From Octopus sinensis (Eukaryota), in contig NC_043003.1 in NCBI RefSeq assembly GCF_006345805.1, forward strand, positions 9,920,001-9,984,000: a stretch of 64,000 nt of DNA, given 5' to 3'. The notes beneath the pieces were generated by a model that saw nothing but the letters and a program-made list of their open reading frames with translations, was not told the DNA's origin and did no database searches. Within the stretch, counting starts at the first letter, position 1. Each line of letters begins with the position of its first letter. Below, one piece after another: positions 26,708 to 39,124 of this stretch. The position numbers and the translations under genes are program-made.

Positions 26708-27367
26708 TGTGTCATTATAATATTTATTGTGTCAATGAGACGCAAAGCTATTATAATCACTTTCAGGTGCAAAACATTTTCATGGCTTTTCTATAAGCGA
26801 AAGAATTGTTTTTTGAATACGGTTAAATTTATGACTAGGAATAGAAACGTAATAAGTTGATCTTACTTGCACACATGATTCATATAAGTAGTAATGTATC
26901 CGGTATGAGTATGTTCAAGAAACACGTAATTACGTGTTTATTCTTTTATTGTCGAGTCCCTTTAATAGTTTCAGTCGGGTGACAACGACCAATCTTGTAG
27001 CTTCATATTTAAGGTTTTAGATATTGATATCGGCCCTGAACATCAACTTTACGAACGATCAAGTTACGGCACTCAAGTAAACGACACCGGTTGCTACGCT
27101 AAATACATTTAAATACAGACAAGGTTTCAGAGACACATACAAACGCACCGTATACATACGCACACACATTCACACTAATACACACGCAAACCTACGCACA
27201 CACAATCACAGAAGTAATGTATATGCGTGTGTAAGATATGATGAGATATCTTCCAGGGGTTATAAACTACAGTACCATCGTCTCATGGGTTCAGCCACAT
27301 TTAGGTGGTAAATATACTTCACGATGTCCTGCTGCTACTGTTTATATCTCGCTCAGAGATTCATTGT

Positions 27368-27409
<42 letters not shown>

Positions 27410-27490
27410 ATAAGGGTAGAAGTTGATATTAATAAATTAAAACCAGTGGCTTAGCATATTTTAAAAAATCCGGAGTTTAAAAATTATTTT

Positions 27491-27738
27491 TACATACAAA
27501 ATTTATGGGACTGATCACTAAAAGTGGACAGACTATTTTCTAAACATGGACGTCAAATCGCCATTACCACGAAGAATGTGCTCTCAGTAAAAACCCCAGC
27601 AAAACACCACTTGCTTATTTTACATTTTGTTTTTTTGCTGGGATTTTTCTTGAGAACACATTCTTCGTGGTAATGGCGATTTGCCGTCTATGTTTAGCAT
27701 ATAGGTTGTCCACTTTTTGTGGTCAGTCCTCTAAATTT

Positions 27739-27746
<8 letters not shown>
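27491..27746. repeat. Imperfect inverted repeat (about 115-bp arms, about 86% identity), MITE-like or old fold-back
   Basis: 27491-27606 versus the reverse complement of 27632-27746, about 16 mismatches by hand count; abuts (TA)n. Confidence 0.85.
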
Positions 27747-27803
<57 letters not shown>

Positions 27804-29199
27804 ATATATATTACAAGTGAAGAAAAAACGATTCCTTTAATGGGGTGTAAAACATCCAATTCACTGGTACGGCAGTTGAATTCTACAGAAACAAGGATAT
27901 AAATACAACTGACAAATAATAAATTAAATAGAGAAATACAATTGATAAGCTAACAATTTATTTAATGACCTCCTCACTCAGGAATTCATGACTCAAATTT
28001 TTCTTGACATTTTGACACAGCTTATCTAAAACGTTTGTCAAAATTGTCGCGCATTGATATATCAAATTTTCGCTTATGTATTTGTAGGTACATCTCTATA
28101 ATTATTAGATTGTCCCAAAAGTTTGTAAACACTTGCGAAAATTGAATTTTTACTCGCCAAGTACTAACAAAAACAACAAAAATTATTCCTCAAAATAAAG
28201 ACCATTATTTTCCAAGACTTTCTACGAACTTTTGGGACAACCTTATATATACATGGATACAAACACACGCCTTTATAGGTGTTCGTGTGTGTGTGTGTAC
28301 GCGCGTACGTTGATATATATTTTTTATACAGGGTTCATTTGTTCGACTGGTAGACGGACTTGTATTTTATCGTCTAAACGGATGGAATTCAAAAATAATT
28401 TTGATGGGATTTGAACTTTGAACCTAAGGAATTGAAATGAAAACTATAAAACATTCTGTCAACGTTCTAATGACTCCGCGAAATACCTGCTCTAATTTAG
28501 TTGTAATCTTAGTACAAAAAATATGACAAAACTCCATTCTCAATTACATCGCTCTCATCAGTTCTTCTGGTTTCATTTACTGGCGTAAAAAGCATCTACT
28601 ATGAAACGTTGAAGTTCAGTTGCGATGAGAGTAGTTCGTCGCGCAGAACATTCAGGAAATTCGAGATTCAATAAATTTCCAAGGAGTAGTGTCTTTATTC
28701 CAATTTTTGTTGTTGCATCCGGTGGAAAGGTTGCAATCTGTGTATCTCCTGAACACAGATTGTCAATCAAATAGATTCTACTTTTCTCCCATTCTGAAAT
28801 ACTGACATTAAATTTTTGCTCAGATATAGAGAGAGAGCTGCCGAAAAAAATCAGGAAAACAATGCTTTCGAAGGAATATTATAAAACAGTCTCTCGAGGT
28901 TCAAACGACTCCGCCAAATACCTGCCCTCAAATAAATAATGACAACCATTTTGCGTCCACTATCAATGTGCAAGTTCTGGATTAGAGCCCTCTACAAGAC
29001 ATCAATCCTGCCCGTTTATACATTCCATACTGAAAATTAATTTTGTGGAATGGAGCATGGAATTTTACACTACATAAGTATCGTTTAACTTTACAGTAAT
29101 AGAAGAAAATGGTCTGAAAATTTATATGGGTTTCTACATACTACATAAGCCTTACGGCTTGGGAGATTATGATGCTTCAGACAGAGATTGTTTGCCTCA

Positions 29200-29416
29200 T
29201 TTTTGTTTACTCTTTTACGTGTTTCAGTCATTTTCACTGCGCCCATGCTGGAGCACCGCCTTTAGTCGAGCAAATCGACCCCAGGACTTTTTCTTTGGAG
29301 GCCTAGTACTTATTCTATCGGTCTCTTTTACCGAATCGCTAAGTTACGGGGACGTAAACACACTAGCATCGGCTGTCAAGCAATGTTGGGGACACACACA
29401 CAAACATACACACCCA

Positions 29417-29451
<35 letters not shown>

Positions 29452-29602
29452 CAATGGGCTTCTTTCAGTTTCCGTCTAACATATCCACTCACAAGGCTTT
29501 GGTCGGCCCGAGGCTATAGTAGCTGACACTTGCCCAAGGTGCCATGCAGTGGAACGGAATCCGGAAGTATGTGGCTCCGGGTCCACAGCCACCCCTGCGC
29601 CT
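29200..29602 (-). mobile_element. SINE-A
   Basis: Reverse complement of the full SINE-A layout. Confidence 0.88.
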
Positions 29603-29697
29603 TATTTAACTAGAAAAAAATGAAATCAATTAAATTATTTTTTCCAATCAATCATTCTGTTAAGAAAACCAAATCTTAATATATGAAAACCAATCGT

Positions 29698-30082
29698 GTG
29701 GAAGCACTCCGTCGGTTACGATGACGAAGGTTCCGGTTGATCCGATCAACGGAACAGCCTGCTCGTGAAATTAACGTATAAGTGGCTGAGCACTCCACAA
29801 ACACGTGTACCCTTAACGTAGTTCTCGGGGATATTCAGCGTGACACAGAGAGTGACAAGGCCGGCCCCTTGAAAATACAGGTACAACAGAAACAGGAAGT
29901 AAGAGTGAGAGAAAGTTGTGGTGAAAGAGTACAGCAGGGATCACCACCATCCCTGCCGGAGCCTCGTGGAGCTTTAGGTGTTTTCGCTCAATAAACACTC
30001 ACAACGCCCGGTCTGGGAATCGAAACCACGATCCTAAGACCGCGAGTCCGCTGCCCTAACCACTGGGCCATTGCGCCTCCAC
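29698..30082 (-). mobile_element. SINE-C (tRNA-derived, about 385 bp; possibly Octopus OR1) with 13-bp TSD
   Basis: Minus head ggaggcgcaatggcccagtggttagggcagcggactcgcgg..tttcgattcccaga; TSD gaaaaccaatcgt at 29685-29697 and 30083-30095. The OR1 name is unverified. Confidence 0.92.
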
Positions 30083-30149
30083 GAAAACCAATCGTATGGT
30101 ATACATGTATGTATTTTAGTATTTCTTTTTACTGTCTTATTTTAACATG

Positions 30150-30760
30150 TGGTGTGATTAAGTTGCACTCTTTACAATCACGTGGTTCGGGCTAGTGTCT
30201 TCTATTATAGCCACAGACTGACCAATGCCTCGTGAGTGAATTTGGTTGACAGAAATTGTGGGGATGTTCTCTACTAGTCTTAAAGAGTGTTTACTCGAAG
30301 CGTAGAAGGCTTGTCCTTTCTTCCCATTTCTGTAGTATCAACCAAATCACTCTGTATTTGTTAGTTTCATCTTTATGTTTAGATTTTGCTAAACCATATA
30401 TTTTTATCATTATATATTATTGTCTTTTACTTATTTTATCGTCTCTTTTAACGAAACGCTAGGTTACCGGCGCGTAAGCAAACCAACACCGGCTGTCAAA
30501 CAATGCAACATGTATTTGTGTCTGTGTATGTCACACACACATACGTTGCATTGTTTGACAGCCGGTGTTGGTTTGCTTACGCGCCGGTAACTTAGCGTTT
30601 CGGTAAAAGAGACGATAAAATAAGTAAAAGACAATAATATAACAATAAAAAATAATTAATAAAACAGAAGTACTGGAGCGAATTGTTCAGCTAAAATCAT
30701 TCAAGGTGGTGCCCCAGCATGGCCGTAGTTCAACAGTGTAAACAAGTAAAAGATAAAAGA
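30150..30760 (+). mobile_element. Diverged SINE-A containing an inverted duplication (30413-30641)
   Basis: Head near 30150-30265; 30413-30514 is the reverse complement of 30541-30641 with 3 mismatches; the tail continues to 30760. Confidence 0.8.
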
Positions 30761-30997
30761 TATATTTATCCAGAAATATTTTCGCCATTCTACGTACGTT
30801 CTTCTCTATTCCTTTCAACGCATATTCATTTTCTTGGATTCTAAACATAGTTTCCTTGATCACTTTATCTAGATTACTATTTCAAGATTCCTTTCGCCAG
30901 GTAGTTATTTAACCACTCTGTGAAGAGCGAGCTCTCTATTTTTTATATATTCAATTTTTTATATATTCTGTTTTTTATATATTCTATTTTTTTATAT

Positions 30998-31460
30998 AGG
31001 CGCAGGAGTGGCTGTGTGGTACGTAGCTTGCTTACCAACCACATGGTTCCGGGTTCATTCCCACTGCGTGGCACCTTGGGCAAGTATCTTCTGCTATAGC
31101 CTCGGGCCGACCAATGCCTTGTGAGTGGATTTGGTAGACGGAAACTGAAAGAAGCCTGTCGTATATATATATGTATATATATGTATGTAGGTGTGTGTAT
31201 ACGTTTGTGTGTTCTGTGTTTGTCCCCCCACCATCGCTTATATGCATGTGTGTGTATGTTTGTTCGTTTTTGTGTCCCCATCGCTTGACAACTGATGCTG
31301 GTGTGTTTATGTCCCCGTCATTTAGCGGTTCGGCAAAAAGAGAACGATAGAATAAGTACTGGGCTTACAAAAAGAATAAGTCCCGGGGTCGATTTGCTCG
31401 ACTAAAGGCGGTGCTCCAGCATGGCCGCAGTCAAATGACTGAAACAAGTAAAAGAGTAAG
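30998..31460 (+). mobile_element. SINE-A, full length
   Basis: aggcgcaggagtggctgtgtgg through gaaacaagtaaaagagtaag. Confidence 0.92.
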
Positions 31461-32008
31461 TAATACATCTACATATGATCATGGAAGATTAATATTCTGT
31501 GATGTCTTAAGCAAATATCGACAACATATCACGTTATGGCTTTATTCACGCAAGCGCGCACATACGTTAGGTTAATCTAATCTCCGTATGGCGCATCTGT
31601 CAGATGAGAAGGTGAGAATTAATTCTCTCTCAGATTAATCGGTTCCCAAAACAACACATATGTTCAACTGTTAATTAATATATATCATATTTTTAAAATG
31701 TATGCCAGGAACAGCTTTCTTGGAACGTTGTATGTATACTAAATTCTAAACAGTATATGTAAGTGGACAAGTATGATTGAATGTATGTATATTTGTATAC
31801 GGATGTATACATATATGCATAATTGTATATATCAGATAACTAAGTATATATACATATATATATTACACACATATTTCTTTTTATTTCATCTAGTTTCAGC
31901 TCACGAGCTGTGGCCATGCTGGGGCACCGCCATTTATTGATATATATATATATATAATATAATATATATATTATAATATACTTTATTTTTAAGCAGCAGA
32001 AAATTCAA

Positions 32009-32057
32009 CAAAATCTGTTACTCTGGAGTTTCTCGTTGCCGTTCATCAGACATTTTG
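32009..32057 (-). ncRNA. Type-I hammerhead motif with canonical CUGAUGA core (family G)
   Basis: Minus: CAAAATGT-CTGATGA-A-CG-GCAA-CG-A-GAA-ACTCCAGAGT-A-ACAGATTTTG. Confidence 0.75.
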
Positions 32058-32404
32058 CTAGAATGGAACTATATATTAATTCAATCTATACTCTTAACAA
32101 CGCTACACCTTAAAAAGAAATGGACTTGTTTGATTGGCCCTTTAGAAAAAACGGTCAATCTTCGAGCGATAAACAAAAAGGTCAAAAATATATGTATATA
32201 ATATAAAAAAAGTTATAAAAATTATATATATATATATAATATATATATATATATTATATATATATAGTACATACTTCGCCTTAAGTACTTATATATGAAT
32301 AATATATGGCTTGTGCTAGAAAACACCAGCGATAATAATTAATTTTATTTTATCGCATTTGAATTTGTTTATATATTATATATTATATATTATATATATT
32401 ATTA

Positions 32405-32443
<39 letters not shown>

Positions 32444-32909
32444 AGTATCTATCTATCTATTTTTTATGTTCAGCCATTATACTAAGACCATGCTGGGGCA
32501 CCATCTTGAAATATTAATCGAATGAATCATCCCCAGTGCTTATTTTTTAAGTCTGACACCTATTCGATCTCGGTCTTTTTTTCGAATTGCTAGGTCACGG
32601 GGTTGTAGACACACCAGCACCGGTTGTGTACTAGGCTTACAATGAATTATTCCTGGGGTCGATTTCTTCGCCTAAATGTGGTGCTCCAGCATGGCCGCAG
32701 TCAAATGACTGAAACAAGTAAATGAAATAAATGAATAAAGGAATTAGGCACATTCTTGGCAATTGGTTCGTACATATTAATTGCCCGTCGAGACACTGAA
32801 TTTCGTTTTGCAACTATAATATATTACCAATTGTATTAAACGTTTATAATTAGATAATGTGTTTATACTTGTGGATTGTCTTATCAATGAGTGGGACAGC
32901 AACATACCC

Positions 32910-33345
32910 CATCCGTGTGATGTTGGGTTACAAAAATATGAAACCCAATATACCCATCTTAACTACCCGTCTAATAAGGGTACACCAGACAAATGCATTA
33001 AAAATATAAGTGTTCACAGTGGTGACCTCATATGAAAAACAGCGCATTACGTTGCAGTTGGGGCCCTGTTACAATTTTTCAGGGCGAGTAAGACACAAAA
33101 AGTGCCTGAATAAGGGTTGTTTAAGGATCGGGAACGAGGCAACCACGGTAGATTTTGAAAACTCAAAGAAATCTTATCAACACATGGGTATGATGCTCCC
33201 CCACAACTCCTTCTCGTGAGCTGCGATGCACATATCTTCAGCCATTAAGGGACATGCTCAACTAGTTAAGGTGAAGCAACTGACAAGTAAATATGTGGCA
33301 TTGAGCAACATACTTGCTGTAGCCCACTTTTTCCACAAAGACAAA
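32910..33345 (-). mobile_element. Non-coding LINE 3'-end fragment (family D)
   Basis: actacccgtctaataagggtacacc..ccctgaataagggttgtttaagg shared with 33.5 and 45.0 kb. Confidence 0.75.
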
Positions 33346-33514
33346 ACAGGTAAATGGTAACACTTTCAATCAGTTATAATCAGAAACATAAGGGCTGCGG
33401 CCTGGTATCGCATCAGGGCATTTATTATTACTTTACTTCTTAGCGCTCGCGATCTTACTTGCTTTCGTTGATTCTGTGAGAGCGAGCAGCAATCTGTTGT
33501 ACGAGATCGGTTAT

Positions 33515-33925
33515 TTATATTGAGTGAGAGAACAGTGCATGCCATCATAGAGACACTGGGATAAAATATACGAATATACTCATCAAGACTACCCGTCTGA
33601 TAAAGGTACACCAGGCACATGCATCACAACCATAAGTATTTGACATGGTTATCTTATATCAAGATGAACAGCACATACCCTTGCATGTGGGGCGCAGTTG
33701 GAATTTTCTTCGGGTTGACTAGCCCAGCTCGCTCAAAATATCCCTGAATAAGGTTTGTTTGAGGATGGCTTATTTCAGGAGCGACACACCCTCGGTGAAG
33801 TTTGAAACCCCCAAAATTTCCTCTCAACACATGGCTATAATGCTTCCCTACTGCTTCTGATCGTGATCAGAGATGCACGTATCGTCAGCCACTAAGAGAT
33901 AGGATCATTTGGTTAAGGTCATTAT
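33515..33925 (-). mobile_element. Family D LINE 3'-end fragment abutting (ATT)n
   Basis: Begins tattgagtgagagaacagtgcatgccatc; its other end runs into (ATT)n at about 33925-34040. Confidence 0.75.
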
Positions 33926-33942
33926 TATTTTTTGTTGTTGTT

Positions 33943-34012
<70 letters not shown>

Positions 34013-34194
34013 CATTATCATCATTATTATCATCATTTTAAAATCAGTTTCATCCGGCCCCATGCAATTCAAAGTTTCGTAGGCTCAACAAACGTGCCTT
34101 GCACGTCAGGTTTGTCTCGGACAGGGAGCTCAACCAAATATATAGAGTGTTACTTGCTTCATTTGTCCACTCACCCGTGTGTGTGTGTGTAGAT

Positions 34195-34325
34195 ATATAT
34201 ACGTTAAACCCTCCTTCTTCCCTTCTTTCCTGAACGTCGAATAATACTTTATTTGTTCCACGTCCTCGTGTTGTTGTGTTTTTTTTTTTTTTTTTTGTGT
34301 TTTCTTGCTTGGATTAACTATATAT
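34195..34325 (+). mobile_element. Family E tail, hammerhead truncated
   Basis: acgttaaaccctccttc..ttccacgtcctcgtgttgttgtg..ggattaact(at)n. Confidence 0.65.
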
Positions 34326-34555
34326 ATATATATATAATACAAAATAAGAAAATGGAGAAATACATCTAAATCAATTATCAACTGGAGGAATGTGGTAAAA
34401 CATTTTACCTTTGCCCATATAATGCAGTAAATGAATTAATTGCATCGCATTCTTAACATTTATGTATTAACTTTGTTCGGTGCTTTACTGGCAGTATATT
34501 GGATATATGTTATCCCATGGAGGGTTGCATTTACAACCCCTATCTCAATTTGTAG

Positions 34556-34589
<34 letters not shown>

Positions 34590-34651
34590 ATTTTACTCTC
34601 ACGGGCTATCCTTTACTGGAAAGCATACTCTCGTATTGCATTACTATTTTC

Positions 34652-34688
<37 letters not shown>

Positions 34689-34914
34689 ATAATATATATA
34701 GATATATCTGTGCGTGTGCGTGCGTGTGTGTGTATGTTTCTGTATATGTGTGTACTATATATTCCGAGTGAAGATTTCTGTGATTGAAGAAGACATAACT
34801 ACTCCGAAATGCACGCATCCCACAGTCTGTTCAAATGGTGATGCGAGCTTTTTCACGGCAGTAACCGAGCATGGCCGCAGTCGTCGAGCTGAATCTCGCA
34901 TACATATATATGTA

Positions 34915-35060
34915 TTAAATCCCCCAAAACGAAGAACAAACACAAAAATAAACAACTACGCGAGGATGTACAACATGTAAAGTATTAGCAGGCACTCAGA
35001 GAAGGAAAGAAAGGTGGTTTTATGTTTCGAGCAAAGCTCTTCTTCAGAAACAGAGGAAAG
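34915..35060 (-). mobile_element. Family E terminal-repeat fragment with hammerhead motif
   Basis: Minus: GTTT-CTGAAGA-A-GAGC-TTT-GCTC-GAAA-CATA-AAAC (35051-35017). Confidence 0.75.
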
Positions 35061-35099
35061 TCCAATAGAAAAGGAAGACGGAGAAAATACCATCGTCCG

Positions 35100-35284
35100 T
35101 TAGCCACTACACACATTTTTTTTTCTCTCCTAGTTTCTCTCCTTGTTTTTTTCTGTCTCTTTCTGTAGAAGAGCGTAGGCTCGAAACATAAAATACTTTT
35201 TTCTATTCCTGAGCGTTATATAATACATCTGTTTGTTTTGTACACCACCTGTCTTCGTCTATTGTTTTTTTTTCGTGAACTCTC

Positions 35285-35290
<6 letters not shown>
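35100..35290 (+). mobile_element. Family F terminal-repeat fragment with hammerhead-like motif
   Basis: TTT-CTGTAGA-A-GAGC-GTAG-GCTC-GAAA-CATA-AAA (35160-35193). Confidence 0.7.
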
Positions 35291-35316
<26 letters not shown>

Positions 35317-35829
35317 GCATAGAGATGGGGAGCCCCGTAGAGAGACACAGAGGAAGAAGAGCAGAGGCATGTATTGGTTGATCCACATGAAAACATGAAG
35401 GTCAGGAGAGGATGTCACTGTTCCTAGTTAGATATACATCGTTCTAGTGCTGATAGCCCTGGAGAAGTAATATACAGCTAAATCATGCGGTTTCATATTG
35501 GCGTAGTTTAATTCTCCCCCTGTATGTATCTCAATATTACGAATGTTAACGTTACTTATTGCTAGCATGAGCGAACAGTGACATCGAGCTCTTGTACAAT
35601 TCTGGAGAAATTTTCCTCTGAACAGATCGATAAATTCTCGGCTTGAACGAAATTATCTCGCAACGTTCACCATATAAGCTAATATGCACGTATAATTTTA
35701 GATCTATTATCGATTCATTAGTATATATAAGTGCACGTGTATATGTATGCATTTATAAATATACATTTGTATTACTCATACTGGAATCTGCGCAAACGCA
35801 TACGTGGTAATGCGTATGCAAGAACCTAT

Positions 35830-35844
35830 GAATAGTAGATATTC

Positions 35845-35883
<39 letters not shown>

Positions 35884-36056
35884 CATACATACATACATAC
35901 ACAAGCACGTACGCATACACGAATATATATATACACACACATATATATATATATATAAATGCATAAATTTGTTTATACATACGTGGTTATATATATATAT
36001 ATACATATATATATATACACATACACACACACACATATATATATATATATACACAT

Positions 36057-36100
<44 letters not shown>

Positions 36101-36806
36101 AGAGAGAGAGAGAGAAAAGGAACGTTGCACAGATGTATGCATACACACCGCACACACACACACATACACACATACACACATACACACATACACGCATACA
36201 CACACACAAGTACGTGTTGCATCCGTGTGTATGGATGTATAAACGTACGATGCGTATGCGATGCATGTGTTGCCTGGATTTGCTTTATATATATTTATTC
36301 ATTTACTACATTTTTTTATTTTCTGTTGTTTTTTTTTAATTTCCAAGTCTTCTTTCTGTCAGTAGGTATTTTTATATCTGGATGTATGTGTGTCGTTTCA
36401 TATCGATCAATGCATACAGAGCGAATCTAGTAACATTAAATGTATTCGGATGACAGAGGAAGAGGAGATGTTGATAGCATCGGATTGGAGTGAATGCGGA
36501 ATACTGGTACAACGTTGCTAGTAATGTCGTCGGTGAAGAAGGCGAGGCTAATAGTAACGATATATACCACTAACTGGTGAAATGTCGGTCGGCAGCAGCA
36601 GCCTACTGTTCCGCTTATTCTAAGTAATATTTACTGCAACGTATATAATAATGCCATTTATGCAATATAATATATATATTATATATGTATATATATATAT
36701 ATGCATTATATATACACAGACACATATATATATATGCATATATATAAATACATATATATATATTCATGTGTGTATATATGCATATGTATATTTCTCTATC
36801 TCTCTC

Positions 36807-36865
<59 letters not shown>

Positions 36866-36887
36866 CTCTCTCTATCTATCTATCTAA

Positions 36888-36935
<48 letters not shown>

Positions 36936-36946
36936 ACATATATATA

Positions 36947-36986
<40 letters not shown>

Positions 36987-37177
36987 TATAAACACATAAA
37001 GACAATATAAAATTTTCCTCAATCATATCAACTCGTATTACTTTTCAAGCTTCTACAGATATATATATATATATATGCACATATATATATATATATATAT
37101 ATAATACATATATATATATACATATATATATACACATATACATATATATATATACATACATACACACAAACACACAC

Positions 37178-37209
<32 letters not shown>

Positions 37210-37219
37210 ACACATATAC

Positions 37220-37250
<31 letters not shown>

Positions 37251-37500
37251 TATATATATCTGTATATACATACATACGTATATATACATAGATTGCTACG
37301 TAGATAGATGTATCTATCTATATATATATATTTACATATATACATAGACACACATGTATTTATATCTATGTAGATGTATGTATATATATATGTGTGTGTA
37401 TACATATACATGTGTTAATATATATTTATGTGAATGTATATCTATCTGTCTATCTATATATCTATCTATCTATCTCTCTATCTCTCTCTATATATAATAC
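35830..37500. repeat. Large compound microsatellite field (TA, CA, TATC)
   Basis: Direct reading; interrupted by about 400 bp of non-repetitive sequence near 36.25-36.65 kb. Confidence 0.9.
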
Positions 37501-37904
37501 CAGATCCTCAAATGCATAACGTAGTCCAACATATGCACTAAGTACGTTTCTTCTTGTTCCTAAACACACATCTTCACATGTATAGGCTTATAATGGACCG
37601 ACTCTCCTCACGCGAAGAACGTATTAGCACTCAGCGACTTGGACTAAAACGTTATTAGCAAAACTTTTAAAGAACTTAGTGAAAATAAAATTGCCAAAAT
37701 ATTAACAAAAATACATTTAAAAAAAGAGAGTCTAAGTTGAATAAAATTAAGAAAACTAAACTTGAATATTACTCAGAAATTAAAAAAGAAGATAATTTAA
37801 TATCTCTGAGAAACGCGAGAATATGTATACGCTTGCAATTGCATTAGGTATCTTCCATTTTTGCTCTTAGCTGTCACTATCTCCTTAGTGTGAAATATGA
37901 CAGT

Positions 37905-38282
37905 GGAGACGCAATGCCCCAGTGGTGAGAGCAGCAGACTCGCTGTCGTAGGATCGCGGTCTCGATTCCCAGACCGACATTGATAGTGTTTATTGAGCGA
38001 AAACACTTAAAGCTCCACGAAGCTCCGGCATGACTTGGTGACGTACCCTGCTGTACCCTTTCACCACAACATTCTCTCACTCTTTCTTCCTGTTTCAGTT
38101 GTACCTGTATTTCAAAGGGCCAGCCTTGTCACAGTCTGTGTCACGCTGAATCTCCCCGAGAACTACGTTAAGAGCACACGTGTCTGTGGAGTGCTCAGCC
38201 ACTTGCACGTTAATTTAACGAGCAGGCAGTTTCGTTGATCGGATCAACTGGAACCCTCGTCGTCACAACTGACGGAGTGCTG
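37905..38282 (+). mobile_element. SINE-C
   Basis: ggagacgcaatgccccagtgg..tctcgattcccaga..gatcggatcaactggaaccctcgtcgtc..gacggagtgc. Confidence 0.9.
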
Positions 38283-38599
38283 TAGTAAGTATGACATGTA
38301 AGATCGGCACTCAGTGTGCTGCAGACGTGACAGTTTTCGCAAAGTCTTTCAATTCTTACAGCCAAATGAAGCGGGATTTTAGTTTAGAGTGGAATATGTC
38401 CTTACCAGAAATTAATGAGTGTGCTGTTAGTAGTCCCTATATAGGACATACACTTTCTGGTGCCTTAGACGTTTCTTAATCTTGTTCTACTGGCATGGTA
38501 ATGGTCTTTCGATAACCCCAAAGACATTTGGAAGAAGATATTAAGATGGTTCGGAATTTTGACACAAGACTAGTAATTTGATGGAAGAGAATTCGTTGA

Positions 38600-38755
38600 T
38601 TACACGACCCCAGTGCTCAACTGGTACTTATTTTATCGACCCCGAAAGTCAAAGTCCACCTCGGTGGAATTATAACTCGGAATCCGAAGACGGAAAAATT
38701 GCTGCTAAGCATTTTGCACGGCGTGCGAAGGGTTTTGCCAGCATTTCTAGGATTT
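38600..38755 (-). mobile_element. SINE-B, diverged
   Basis: ccccagtgctcaactggtacttattttatcgaccccgaaag..gctaagcattttgcacggcgtgc. Confidence 0.7.
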
Positions 38756-39124
38756 TGCCCTGGAAGATTTTAAGACACACAAAATGAAATGATTGGGCGC
38801 TACGGCTGCTTAGACGTTGGCGATTTGGCACTGCTGGCTGGACTTTCAACACACACACACACACACACATACATACATACATACATACATACACACACTC
38901 GCATGCAAAAATACACACACACACGTACGCGCGCTTGAAAATGTATGCACATACATATAGAATGTAAGAGAGAGAAGATGGAGAAGGAAATTCTAATTGT
39001 GGCTAATTACTGCACGATAAACCTGGAATTTCGTTTTAAGTGAGGCTTCATCATCTTTCCGGAAGAGCTGGAAACACATAAAATATTTATATGTGTATAT
39101 TTATATGTGTATAAGCTTGTGTGT

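Noticed and set aside
28573-28770. Possible pogo-like fragments (FPPDATTK here; ASGEKLTAVLVF at about 46180-46360)
   Set aside because: Only a few residues of similarity; needs a profile search.
29990-30082. tRNA gene calls for SINE heads (also 9440-9512, 37905-37980, 44020-44095)
   Set aside because: A/B boxes are present but continue into SINE bodies with TSDs; no complete cloverleaf could be supported.
38291-38479. Short non-repetitive ORFs as exons (also about 53776-53856 and 58265-58420)
   Set aside because: Acceptor-like sites exist but donors are weak or absent, and the peptides are not recognisable.
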